DNA of 63,853 nucleotides from Octopus bimaculoides. Taxonomy: Eukaryota. Within the stretch, counting starts at the first letter, position 1, and each line of letters opens with the position of its first letter. Both the position numbers and the translations under genes were made by a program. Positions 26,410 to 39,591 of this stretch are shown here, piece after piece. The DNA is taken from contig NC_068987.1 in NCBI RefSeq assembly GCF_001194135.2, positions 81,408,829 through 81,472,681 on the forward strand. The letters are read 5' to 3'. The notes under the pieces are model-generated. The model was not told the DNA's origin, did no database searches, and worked only from the letters and a program-made list of their open reading frames with translations.

Positions 26410-27528
26410 CACCATAAACATTAATATTCATATATTTTCTGTTATGCAATGATTTGTCTCCATGTTAAAACATCTACATCTTAATATAACTCCAATCTTA
26501 AAATGAAAATGTGATTTGTTATTTCTTTTCAGCATTGTAATTAAGTACCTTATTCCTAGCACTGACATGTACTTTTTTAAAACTCATGAATGAATGAAGC
26601 ATTAACAATTTGGTTAACACTGAAACTATCTTATTTGCCTAACTTTACATCTTCAATAGACAATTTAAAAAAAAAAAATTCCTCCATTGTATTTGATTTT
26701 TTTGTTATTATTCTTAGTTTACTAACTTCATTTCTCTGTCTTCTACACCATGAACAATTGTAAGTGATGAGATCATACTGACACACCATTGCCTCCACAT
26801 CTTAAAACACTGCAGCAGGTGATATACTCTGCTTCATACTTATTCTTTTTCCTTGAAGTAGCATTATATAATTAGATTTACATACTATAGATATTATATA
26901 TATGAAGGGTTACACAATTTTAATTTATTGCATATGTATTGAACTGTATTCGACTCACAGCTGAGACAAAGCAATGATCAATTGTCAGCAAATACACAAT
27001 GAAAATGTTTCCAGACATTATATTGCTTCATATTTAACACCATATTTATACTGCATCATATTTCGCAATTATAAAAAAAAGCCAGACACAGAAATAAAGT
27101 GTTTTGTTATGTGCCTTATCTGCACAATGCCTGAATGTTAAGGAAATAACAAAAACAATAAAATAATGAATTTTAGCTCTAAAATGGTTACTCTGAGTAT
27201 GAAATGAACAATCTTGGCAAAATGAATTCAGTTTTGATGTGATCCAAAATGAAAGAAATGCTTAACTTTTTTCTGTTATCTTTCAATTAAGTTAATAATG
27301 AGTTATAATTTTTTGTTGACAAGTTATGACCTAATTAACTTCTTTTGTCTGATTTTAAACTTAATACCATATCAGTTCTAGGCTGTCCCATATTTCTAAG
27401 ATGGATGAAGTTTATATTCATCCTGGATTTCTGTAGCTTGATGTTTGTTGGGAATGTCTAGCTAGGAAAGGATTTCCTGGATTAGAAATGTTCTCTGTAG
27501 TTATGTGTGTGTTTGTGTGTGTGTATGT

Positions 27529-27680
27529 AGGCATGGCTGCGTTAAGAATTTCACTTTCCATCTGTATGGTTTCTGGTTCAGTCCCACTGCATGACACCTT
27601 GGGAAAGCATCTTGTATTATAACCATGGGTTGACCAAACTTGTGTGTAGGTTTGGTTGACAGAAACTGAAAGAAGCCAAC
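27529..27680 (+). mobile_element. SINE family A, 5' half
   Basis: ggttcagtcccactgcatgacaccttggg...gaaactgaaagaagcc. Confidence 0.8.
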
Positions 27681-27696
27681 ATGTATACGTATACAT

Positions 27697-28037
27697 CTTT
27701 TATCTTTTACTTTTTTCAGTCATTAGATTGCGCGCATGCTGAGGCACCATATTGAAGAATTTTTAGTCAAATGTATTGAACCCAGTACTTATTTTTTTTA
27801 AAGGCCTAGTACTTATTCTGTCAGTCTCTTATGCCAAACTGCTAAGTTACAGGGAGGTAAACACACCAGCACCAGTTGCCAAGTGGTGGTGAGGGGAATA
27901 AGCACACATACACACACACACACATATACACATATATATGACTGGCTTCTTTCAGTTTCTGTCTACCAAATCTACTCACAAGGCTCTGGTCAGCTCAAGG
28001 CTATAGTTGAAGACATGTGCCCAAGGTGCCACATAGT
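27697..28037 (-). mobile_element. SINE family A lacking its extreme 5' end, inverted relative to its neighbour
   Basis: atcttttac...cagtcatt...gtaaacacaccagc...ggcttctttcagtttctgtctacc...cccaaggtgccac. Confidence 0.85.
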
Positions 28038-28389
28038 GTGTTTAGTAGATTCATTTCATCCCCTAACACTCATCATTACTCTTTCTATGGTACTACTTTG
28101 CTGGTGTATTCACCTGAGAGCAGAATAGGCACATACTACATACTCTCCTCTTTGGTTCTTCCTTCTGTTATACTCCATGTTTAACACTTCTCTTATCTAC
28201 TATTACCTTTCATCCTTTAGAGGCCAATAAAATAAGTACTAGTTTATCACTAGGGTTGATGTAATTTACTTATCCCCTCTACTGAAATTGCTGGCCTTGT
28301 GTCAAAATATGAAGCTAATATTTAAAAGTTGTAGCAAGTTTTGAATCTTGATTTTGTACTGGAAAAAAATTACTAAGTTAACTATGTAG

Positions 28390-28660
28390 AGGTAGTGGAC
28401 TTCAGTGTTAAAATCTGTCCATCAGTTTGTATCAATAGTTTTTATCTTTTTGCTTGGTTTGGAGGTTCCTTTTTTTTGCTTAATATACATTCCATTATAT
28501 TTCTTAGATATTGCGAAGACACTTTCTATTTTAGTTTCCAAAATATATATTTCTAACGTCTTTGATGCTGTCTGTAATCAATGTACCATGGTTCCTATAA
28601 TGTCTCCCCACTTTAGTAAATTACAACTACCTAGCTGAACGTATAGGTTCTATTTACATT
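28390..28660 (-). mobile_element. Probable Penelope-like element remnant (GIY-YIG C-terminus)
   Basis: Minus strand LRNIMECILSKKKEPPNQ resembles the PLE terminal motif RKIxESLYIxKxKPxLN; heavily decayed. Confidence 0.35.
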
Positions 28661-28820
28661 TCTCTGTTTTGTTTTTAGAGTCAAATGCCAGCTTATAATT
28701 TTCTTTTCATTCTTTGTAAATCTGTGGATCTATCTCATTTTGTTTTGGTTTTATGAATGTTTGTTACTTGTATATTTTTACCACACACACACATACACAC
28801 ACAAAGTGTGTGTTCTTGCA

Positions 28821-28821
28821 C

Positions 28822-28885
<64 letters not shown>

Positions 28886-28899
28886 AGAGTAGTAGTAGT
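28821..28899. repeat. (AGT)n microsatellite
   Basis: Direct inspection. Confidence 0.95.
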
Positions 28900-29372
28900 A
28901 TATGCAAGATAGAAGGACGTTTGATAAAAATAACAGAATGCATTTCACAAAATACCTCTACAGAATATTGAAAATACAGACATTAGAGAAGCAATAAAGT
29001 AGAAAATAGTTGATATGTTTAGATCAAAGGCATATAATGAAATACATATAAATCAAATATTGATATATGTATCCTTAGTTCACTTAAATATACAAATTGG
29101 TCTCACTTTTCTTTTACATAAAGAATAGGAAACAACACTGTCCAGTAGTAGTAATGGTAGTCGTGCTTTGATATCAAACATGGAACCTGAATATTTTAGA
29201 ACAGAGACAATGACTAAGTTGTGATGTCCTTGTTAATCACAGCAGATTCGGTGAATGTATGTGAGATAAAGAGAGTTTAACTGGAAGTCCTGGTTGAAGG
29301 CTAATTTTACTGGGAACTCATAATTCCCTTATAACCCTCATAAAGTACTACTACTACTACTACTACTACTAC

Positions 29373-29406
<34 letters not shown>

Positions 29407-29619
29407 CCATTCAGACAAATACATAATAAAAACACCAGAACTTACAAGTATATATAACATACAAAAAATAGCACTACTAGGTACCGCATACATCCTACAT
29501 AAAGCACTTTCAATACAGTAAAAATGAGAGCACCACAACAAACCACAGCACATACCCAAAGCACAGTAGTGTAGTGAAAGCACATGATAAAAATAAGACT
29601 ACTTAATAATAATAATAAT

Positions 29620-29833
29620 TAATTCAAATTTTTGCCACAAGGGCAGCTTGTGGGAGGTGGGTGATGAGTTGATTACATCAACACCAGTGTTCAGCTAGTA
29701 CTTATTTTATCAACCCCAAAAGGATGACAGGCAAAATCGACCTTGGTGGTATTTGAGCTCAAAACGTAGTGACGGGCAAAATACTGCTAAGCATTTTGTC
29801 CAGTGTGATAACGATTCTACCAGCACACCATCT

Positions 29834-29835
<2 letters not shown>
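29620..29835 (-). mobile_element. SINE family B flanked by (AAT)n
   Basis: ccccaaaaggatgac...tttgagctcaaaacgtag...gctaagcattttgtcc. Confidence 0.8.
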
Positions 29836-29882
<47 letters not shown>

Positions 29883-29959
29883 AAATCATATGTGAGCATA
29901 TGCATATATATATATACATACATATATGTACATACCTACACCATATATATATATACATG

Positions 29960-30300
29960 CATATCCGGGAACAGGACTTCAAAAAAAAAACGTGGACAAA
30001 AAAGGAACAGCAACATAAGCAAAGCATAAAAAACGAACTTATTTTACGGACAAGAGAATCAACACATAGGAAAACAGACAAGCCACATATGTAACTTTTC
30101 CTTCATCAGCTGCCTCTATTCTAAACTAGGCGTTTCAAAGATGAGGCAGAGAGTGGTCTTAGAATAGCTCTTCCCGCGAAGCAAATTAAGTAAAACCTGG
30201 TATGCGGAGGTTTCCAAAGTGGCAAGCAGGACCAACACAGGGGAAAACAAACGTTGAGAGCCTTTAAGCCGAACGAGATGAGATACTGAACGCTGTGATA
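29960..30300. mobile_element. Penelope-like element non-coding fragment (tentative)
   Basis: CpG-retaining island with CTGATGA and GAAAC words on the minus strand; family assignment is from recall only. Confidence 0.35.
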
Positions 30301-30318
30301 TGATATATNNNNNNNNNN

Positions 30319-30358
<40 letters not shown>

Positions 30359-30789
30359 TTCTTTATTGGCAGCAACAGTTTAAGAGACAGTAAAAATACA
30401 AAACTTTCTGTAGGGGTTTTTACAAAGAAAGAAAGGATAATATGGAGTGTACAGACAAAAGGATACTCTCTCGTGTGCAATTTAACTGATGTATTTTAGT
30501 TTATAAAAGAGATTATAGCCACTTATGTATTACTTTCACCATTGCCTTCACTATAATGTTTATAAATTACAAAGTGAGAAAGTAAAAGATGTCATGCAAT
30601 AAAAAGAAGAACATGTCACAATATAAATATATAAATGTAAGATCCAGGGATTGAAGTGTAGGATGAGAGTTAACTTTGAGCAATCCATAGTGAATATAAA
30701 AAACAACTTTCAGGAGCAATAGTGGTTTATTGAGATGGAAGGTTGCGGATTTTTTTTTTTCATTTATCGAAGGACGATGAGCTCATATA

Positions 30790-31906
30790 CAAGGGTTGTA
30801 TCAAAAGTAATACATGAATGTGAATAACATTTTATTAACTGACATATGTTAGTTGTGTAACTACCTGTATGGTAACTCACCTTGCTTGCCTTCTTCATTG
30901 CAGGCAAACAATAGGTTCCAAGGAGAAGCAATATGTTATTATTGGGTTCTTGATAAAGGAGGGATGCAGGTTATCTAACATCCACAGAAGGCTACTGGAT
31001 GTTCATAGAGATGACATCAATGACAAGAGCAACGTGCATTGATAGATGAAGTTTAGAGAAAGGACAACTGGCATTGAAGACAAACCACATAGCAAGAGAC
31101 CATCAACTGTAGATGCTGACAGGAATCACCAGGAATTTTCACAGATGAGTCATCTCTAACATATATTTGCTGAATAACTCGTCTGTGGTCACAATACTGC
31201 AGTCAGTATCTGAAGGGAAGAGTGGAAGTTAGCTCATTCCTATTGGAAGCATTTGAAGCTAATGGGGACATGTTTTTTTCTGATCTGGAGACGAGGGATG
31301 AAATAATGGCTTATCTTGATGATCTGGAAACAAAGGCTCAGACTACAGAATGATGCTACACCTCTTCTCCAAACCATGAGAAATCCAAGAGCCTGCAATC
31401 AGCACAGAATGCCATGGTGACTGTTTGATGGGATGGCAATGGTATCATTCTCTTTGATTTTGTGGGATGTAGTTGTACCACGAACATAGAGTGGCATACT
31501 GAGATACTAAAATGTGAAGAGAGCTTAGAAAAAATCTGAAAATGATCCACAATCACCATAACAACGCATGTCCTCGTTCATCTCTGGCAAAAAATCAGGC
31601 AGTCAGCAAATGCAACTGTTCAGTAGTCTCCATCCATCATACAGCCTGTGTCTGATACCAAACAACTTTCACCTGTTCAATTCAATGAAGGACTTTCTTT
31701 GAGGAAAATGATACAGACATAGTGAAATTGGCTGTGAAGAGATAGATATAACGGTGCCCACTTGAAATTTTTTAAAGAAAATTTGAGATTTGGGTTCAAC
31801 GTGGTGTAAATGCCTAAATTGCGATGGAGATTTGATTGAATAGTATCTCTATATAGACAAAGATTTACTCTTTCAACTTGTGTAATTTAAATTACCTATC
31901 ATACAA
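30790..31906 (+). mobile_element. Decayed mariner transposon
   Basis: TA + caagggttgtatcaaaagtaat left TIR and a degenerate right TIR at about 31891-31906; ETRDEIMAYLDDLETKAQ resembles VTGDETWVxxYDPETKxQ; HPSYSLCLIPNNFHLF resembles HPPYSPDLAPSDFHLF. Confidence 0.8.
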
Positions 31907-32649
31907 TGAAGGTGTTGTCCCACAAGTTAGTTAAGGGGCAAGGTATTTGCTCCATATATTTATGATACTGGGGCCTAAAGATATCTCCTTTACTAGCCCT
32001 TTTATTTTGGCTAATGCAGGTCTGGAAACTGAAACTTGTTTTTCTAGCTGTTGCTCATCATTATTTTCATTTTCCTTGTCAAAGAAATGCTGTTGGGTCT
32101 TTTCATATTCTTATCAACATTCTTTTTCACAGCAATATTTCAAAAATTTTGGTTATTCATGGAAGTGTAGAGAGAAGGTTTGTTTTCACATAGCTGCCAT
32201 ATGAACAGACTGTAGTATTTGATTTCATATATTATCCTTGTTACTGCTGTCATTGTCTTTACGATAACTTATAATCTTTGGGTGATATTTTTTTTTTAAA
32301 TATTCACTAAACTGTTCATTTTGTTCTTCCTCTTATACATTTCGTTGTGATTGATTTTGTGTTTGTTTATTAGCTGTTGTGATGCTTTTTCACATAGCAT
32401 AATTATGTGTGGTAATTATTTTTAGTATAAAAATTTAATGAGTGTAAATATATTTTAAGAATTTGTGTCACAGAATTCTATTTTTTGTTGTCTACTCATA
32501 GGTCTTGAGAATAGCCCCTCCTTAGGCTATTGCTGTTCTTTTTAGAAGCACTCTAAAGAAAATTTCTTTTGACAATGTTCAAAATAATTATATTTCGAGG
32601 AGAGACTCAAAAGACATTCTTATATTGTAAGAGTTAATGTTAATATTAA

Positions 32650-32865
32650 TAATAACCCTTTCTACTATAGGCACAAGGCCTAAAATTTTGGGGATGGGGG
32701 ATAGTCAATTACTTCGACTCCAATGCTCAACTGGTATATATTTCATTGACCCCAAAAGGATGAAAGGCAAAAAAAAAAAATCAACCTTGACAGAATTTGA
32801 ACTCAGAATGTAAAGACAGATGAAATGCCATTAATCATTTTGCCTGGTGGCCTAACTTGCTACCT
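32650..32865 (-). mobile_element. SINE family B
   Basis: ttctactataggcacaaggcc...gaccccaaaaggatgaaaggc...gaatttgaactcagaatg. Confidence 0.8.
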
Positions 32866-32887
32866 TACTACTACTACTACTACTACG

Positions 32888-32969
<82 letters not shown>

Positions 32970-32971
<2 letters not shown>

Positions 32972-33660
32972 TATGCATTGACACAATACCAGGCAGTGGC
33001 TCTCATGGCTTCTCATCTTAACTGATTTGATGTGTTATCAAGATGGGCTACAGCTAATATTCTGCTCAATACCACAGATTTTGTGGAATTTAGTTGTACC
33101 ATGAACATAGAGTGGCATTTTGAGATACTAGAATATCCTGAAGAAGCCATTATGGAGAAGAGAACTCAGAAAAAATCTGAAATCACCATAACAACACATG
33201 ACCTCGTTCATCTCTGGCAACAAATCAGGCAGTCAGCAAATGCAGCTGCTTGACCTTAACCAGTTGAGCATGTCCCTTAGTGGTTGATGATATGTGCACC
33301 TCTGATCACGACCAGAAGTAGTGGGGGAGAATCATAGCCATGTGTTGAGAAGAATTCTTTGGGGTTTGGATAATTCACCTTTGGAAACATGGGTATTTTG
33401 TTCATCGTTCTTAAACAAAACTTATTCAAGGACCTTTTGAGCGGGATGGGCTACTTGACCTGAAGAAAATTCTAACTGGGCCCCACCTGCAAGGTCATGC
33501 ACTGTTTATCTTGATCACTATGTCACATACATATGGTTGTGATGTATGTGCCTGGTGCACCCTAATCAGACGGGTAGTCATGATGGTATACTGGGCTTCA
33601 TATATTTTACCTCAGTATCACTTTGATGGCATGCACTGCTCTCTCTCACTCAACAATAAT
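32970..33660 (+). mobile_element. Repeat family F (retro-element 3' region with (AAT)n tail), carrying a mariner-derived insert
   Basis: GC-richer block ending gcactgctctctcactcaacaataataat; 33077-33248 matches mariner 31456-31618. Confidence 0.6.
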
Positions 33661-33664
33661 AATA

Positions 33665-33885
33665 ATAATCCTTTCTGCTTTAAGCACAAGACTTGAAATT
33701 TTATGGGAGGAGTTAAGTTAATTACATCGACCCAAGGACTGAACTGGTACTTAATTTATCAACCCTGAAAGGATGAAGGGCAAAGTTGACCACAGCAGAA
33801 TTTGAATTCAGAATGTAAGGACAGGTGAAATGTCGCTAAGCATTTTGCCCAGCATGCTATCAATTCTGCCAGCTCACCATCTTAA

Positions 33886-33934
<49 letters not shown>

Positions 33935-34120
33935 GATAATAATAATAATAATAATAATAATCCTTTCTACTATAGACACATGGCCTGGAATTTTAGGGAG
34001 TGGGCTAGTCAATTACATCAATCCCGAATGGATGAAAGACAAAGTCAACCTCAGCAGAATTTGAACTCATGATGTAAGCATTTTGCCTGACATGCTAATG
34101 ATTCTGCCAGCTCATCACCT

Positions 34121-34211
<91 letters not shown>

Positions 34212-34345
34212 GATGATTTCAAATTTTGGCACCTGGCCAGCAATCCCAGAAGAAGGAATAAGTCGATTACATGGTCCCCAGTGCTCAACTGCTTCTTATT
34301 TTATTGACTCTGAAAGGATGAAAGGCTAAGTCAACATCGGTGGGA
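33665..34345 (-). mobile_element. Three co-oriented SINE family B copies (33665-33880, 33960-34112, 34212-34345) separated by (CTA)n(ATA)n
   Basis: Each carries ggatgaa...aaagt(c/t)(a/g)ac...; the first two also retain gaatttgaa(c/t)tca. Confidence 0.8.
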
Positions 34346-34923
34346 AATAATAACCATAATCTCTTGAAATAAGACTTTTGTGCAAGAGAAGTGGATTAAG
34401 TGAATAGCATCAAATAAAGATGAAAGGTTAATTCAGCCTTGATGCATCTGAATACTGAAATGAGAGAAATTATTCTTGATAGTATACAACATTTTGTTTA
34501 GCATTCTACAATTTGCACAAATATATCTGCCATTAGGATAATAAAATTAATTTCAGTTTCATTAGTAAAACATTAGTGACATGAGAACATTTCAAATGCA
34601 AATAGCATAAGGTCTCAATAAAGAATATATTACTGTCAAATACATAATTAAGATGAGGATGAAAATGCTGTTTTGTTTAATCAAACAAATCAAGCTCAGT
34701 GATAGGCAAAATCAGTAGAGCACTAAATAAAGTGTGTTGTGCTATTTACTTATATCTATTTACATTCTGAGTTCATAAATCTTTCACAGTGGTTTTGCAT
34801 TTCATCCTCTTGGAGTTGATAAACTAAGTACCATTCAGGTATCAGAATTGATTAGGAACTGTGCTCAAGAAGATCTACTCACTTATATTGATGTATAACT
34901 GAAGTAATGAAAAGCATAATATA

Positions 34924-34981
<58 letters not shown>

Positions 34982-36413
34982 AACAGTGTATGTATACAAC
35001 TAAAGGCTGTGGAAGCATAATGTTTATGAACACTATACACACAACTGGATTCTTCAGTCTGACAAGTCTGCAACAGCTGCTTCTTTCCTCTTTTTCCTTT
35101 CCCTTCTTTTCATTTCTTGTTTCCCTACCCATTCACCTGGGTCCCTCCCTTCCTATTGACAACCATCCCTAATCTTTAGATTATCTCCCCCACCTCCATA
35201 TTTACCATCATTTTCATCATTGTCCACACTCTCACCCTTGTTTTATCCAGCTCTCATTCCCCACACTCTTGCAACCTCTAACTCCACCCCTCATCTTCCT
35301 GCTACTCCTCTCCATCACTCTGTTAATACAAACCATATAGCATTTCTATACTGCCAGGCACTGCTCCCTCTTCTCTGAATTACTCCCAGTTAATATCCAT
35401 CCATCATTGTTAACATTGTTTCATCACCAATCATACTTATCATCAACTTACTCTCCCTCCTCACTCTTTCAGCCTTCCCCACCCAGATGATCCCCCTGTC
35501 TCCATGCTTTCTTCTACATACCATTTTGGATATGTCTCCTTGAGAGTATATTCTGGCACCTCATTACCACTATATTTACCATTTTGTTTGGTACCACTCT
35601 TGCCCATTCATGTTCTACACATCACCATGAACCTCCCCACAGCATACTTCTTGCTCCTCCTCTCAACCTACTTGTAACTCTCAACACCTTGCATAAAACA
35701 CCCACTCAGTCTCTTATTCTCCCTTTCAGTCAAGGGGTCTGTTTTGTTTTGCAAGTTATAAGATGACCTCACTAGTACTGATGCAAAGGAAATAGCACCA
35801 TGCACACTCGGCAAAGTGGTTTGTGTAAGGAAGGACATCCAGCCAGCCATAGAGATCATGATGAAATTAAGACACTGGAGCAAGATGTGATTCTCTAACT
35901 AGTTAGGTCTTGTCAAACCATCCAGTTCATAATAGCATGGAAAATGACTGTAAAAATGATGATGGTGGTGGCAGCGGCAGTGGTGGTGGTGGAGGAGGAG
36001 GAAGTCTTACATAAAATGAGTGATCTATTGAGTAAGAGTTTGTTCATGATTGCCCAAAAGTTTGAGCCATGATATCTTGTTTATTGTCTTCCACCATATT
36101 TTTTTTTTATCACCCAACTCTTATTGGTACACCTAATATTATTTTTTTACCTTGCAATTATTATTATTATTATTAATGCTCACATCTTGCTTATTCTTTT
36201 TCAAGGTTCTTTTAGTTCAATATTTTTCAACATACTTTCAGGCATTATTTTGATCAAAAATAATTCAAGATAAAAGATTGCTTTTGGTTTTGATGTGTGG
36301 ATCATTTCATCCTTTTAATTTGGATATTCTTCAGAGTATTGTAGTCTTACCGTTATCACATTATCACTTCATAAGTGATAATATCTGCATATTGCCCAGT
36401 CTATGTTTACACA

Positions 36414-36500
36414 TTGAGAGAGAGAGAGAGAGAGAGTGGGAAAGAGAGAGAGAGAGAGAGAGAGCAACAGTGAAAGAGAGAGAGAGAGAGAGAGAGAGCA
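36414..36500. repeat. (GA)n microsatellite
   Basis: Direct inspection. Confidence 0.9.
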
Positions 36501-38659
36501 GTTTAAACATGTAGATACATTTCATCTTTGTGTGGACTAGATATTGTATTGGCATTAGAATAGAGTTTAATTACTTTGGCTAATTTTTTTTGTTTTAATT
36601 GCTAAATCAGACTTTCCTTTTCAGTCATTGCTGACTTTCATGTTAGCTCATCTCCCTTCTGCCTGGTCCTGCAAGATACTGTTAATAGATGAGTTTTATA
36701 CAATTCACTTTTTTAAAAAAATTGGGGTTACTTTGGTTGCAAAAGTTTTTAAAGATTTTTTATTTTAAGTCATTGCTTGCTCCTCAATAGACTTTTTAGC
36801 TCAGTGTATACCTTATCCCCCCNNNNNNNNNNNNNNNNNNNNNNNNNNNNNNNNNNNNNNNNNNNNNNNNNNNNNNNNNNNNNNNNNNNNNNNNNNNNNN
36901 NNNNNNNNNNNNNNNNNNNNNNNNNNNNNNNNNNNNNNNNNNNNNNNNNNNNNNNNNNNNNNNNNNNNNNNNNNNNNNNNNNNNNNNNNNNNNNNNNNNN
37001 NNNTTTTTTTTTTTTTTTTTTTTTTTGTGTGTGTCTAACCTCCCAAGGCCTTCTATACTGAAGCTGTCACTTATGACAAGGACAATTAATGAATTTATAC
37101 TTGATTCCTTCTTGCACCGTCTAGTCTTTTTTTGCTATATTAGTTTTGTTGTTCAGTTCTACTATCTTGTATTTCTCTCCTTCCTTTCTATATATTGAGT
37201 TTTAAAATTTTCTTCTGCACTGGGTATGGCTGATTATGCACTGTTTGCCTGATTTCAGAGTCTAGATATAATTTTGACTTTTAATAATTGTTCTCTTGTT
37301 AAACGATTAGCTTTTCAGGTGTAGCTATGATTCTCTGGTTTACAGTTCATTTTGCAACTACTTCGGTTTGGATTACATCCCACCCAAGTCATTGCATCTC
37401 AAACAACTCCCTTCTACTATAGAGGAGTGATCAATATCTTGTCTGTGACATTTGGTTGATGGAAACTGGGAAACTTAATGGAAGTCCTTTATGCGTGTGC
37501 TTGTGTGGTGATATTAGTTTATGTCTCCCATAAACAAAATATCCCATTGCTTGGTTTATTTGTTGATTTTGATGTGTGAATGTCAGTGGAATAAAACTAT
37601 CATATTTGAAAAAGAAAAAAGCAAAAGCTAAGGATTAGTGACAGGAAGGACATACTGCTATAGAGACAGGAAGGATATACTGCTCCTTAATAAGTTTCAT
37701 CCAACTCATACCAGTCTGATAACAATGGACATAAAAATTATGATGATGATGGTGGTGATGGTGGTGGTGAATGATAAAGACGATGATTACAGCTTTGACA
37801 GTTTTTGTTGTAGAAGGAAGAGTAGTAACCCTGACCCTTTTTTGGAGACTAACAGAAGGAAGTAGCTCTCAGGTTGAAATAATGGTCAAAATGCTTCTAA
37901 CTGGGTAAACTCTGCTAAAGGTAACTGAAGGCCTGTTAGGGGCATTAAACTGAACAACTGATTAAATTTACCATCCAAGAACAGGTATAGTCCCTCAGTG
38001 GGCTTCTATGCAGCTTCTACCTTCCAAATTTTGTTCACAAAAGGTGTGGTAGAAGACACTTTCCCAAGATGCCTTACTGCAATATTGAACCTGAATCCAT
38101 TTAGTTGGGATGAAAACTACTTAACCATACACCGTACCTGTGTCCATACTCTCACATCTGTATCTTTACAACAGTTTCTTTGGGTTGTTTAGCACCAGGT
38201 CAGCCTTGATCAGATTTATGATCAAAGCTGCTCCACTTGTAAACATCACACCATTTATCCAGGCACATCTACAACTAAAAAGGTTGTGATTTGGCAGAAA
38301 TTCAGTTGCTAATGCTATCAGGTTGCTCAACAGTAATGAAGTTCACATGTTGGCTTGTGAGTGGCCCTAGTTAACTTTTAGTACCTTTTGCTTCGGGTGA
38401 CTTTAATATTGGAGATTGTCACCACATTTTCATTTAACCAAGTTCATAACTGTTGTATCACAACAATAACTTTAAAGAGAAATTCATAAATTACTTGTGG
38501 GACCCATGGAAATTCCACAGGATGAAAAAGATTTAGAGAAACTATTCAAGAAAGAAAGGATGATTTGTATTTTTATTTATATTTTGCTAAATTATTTCAT
38601 TTCCACTCCCAATAATATATTATATGATTTAAAAATTTTCCATTGCTAAGCACTTTATA

Positions 38660-39101
38660 TTTCTCTCTTCCTCTCTACCTCTTCAACAAATATTTTAACC
38701 ATGTAATTCCTCTCTTCATGTTTTCAACATTTCTCTCTTCCTCTTCACATCTTACTTCCACTAACTACATGAGTGATAGATAGCATGATGCATTTGGTAG
38801 CTATCTCCTTTCTCACTCACTCTCACATTCCCTCTTCCACTCTCTCACTTCACCTCCTCCTCCGGTCTAACAAACTAAGGCATAAAATGTGAGTGAACAG
38901 GAAGAAATAATATAGATTGAGTTCAATAAAAAAAAAACTTTTCACAATAAACACAACACCACCACCACCACCACCACCACCATCATCATCATCACTCTAA
39001 CTTTTAGTAACAAAGCTCATTTCATTTCATTTCTGTCCAGCTGTTTGTTTCTATCTACTTTTTCTTGCTTTTGATGTATCTCTACTCTTATATTACAAAT
39101 G

Positions 39102-39138
<37 letters not shown>

Positions 39139-39480
39139 TGTAACTACCTTCCCTGTCCATCTCTCCTTATCTGCCTTCCTTTAACCTCACCACTCAGAAC
39201 ATCACCCTCCACTAAATATTGTATCCTAGACATATTTCTTTCTGTTTTACTTTCCCTCTTTCACCCATTAAAACATTGTTAACATTTCTCTCTCCTTTTC
39301 TTTCACCATCTTTTTCTCTAGCTCTTCGCCTCTCCATTCAACTAACCCCATGATGCATTTGGCCTCAATGTATCTTTCTTCTCTACTCACGCTCCTCCCT
39401 TGTCTCTCTCACTTTTACTCCAACTCACTCACTCCACCTCCATCTCTCTAACAAGCTAAAGTGTAGCAGGTGAACGAACA
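38660..39480. repeat. Two diverged copies of a pyrimidine-rich unclassified repeat
   Basis: catgatgcatttgg...ctctctcactt...tctaacaa(a/g)ctaa at about 38785-38900 and 39350-39480. Confidence 0.5.
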
Positions 39481-39488
39481 AGCAGATT

Positions 39489-39591
39489 CTTTTCTACTCC
39501 AGGCACAACGCCCAAAATCTTTGGGAAGGGGGCCAGTCAATCAGATCAACCCCAGTACGCAAACAGATGAAAGGCAAAGTCAACCTCAGCA
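39489..39591 (-). mobile_element. Truncated SINE family B with perfect 17-bp TSD
   Basis: gaacgaacaagcagatt at 39472-39488 and 39592-39608. Confidence 0.88.

Noticed and set aside
32865-34210. Regularly alternating repeat and unique blocks resembling a CRISPR array
   Set aside because: The repeats are trinucleotide microsatellites and the spacers are SINE copies of uneven length in a eukaryotic context.
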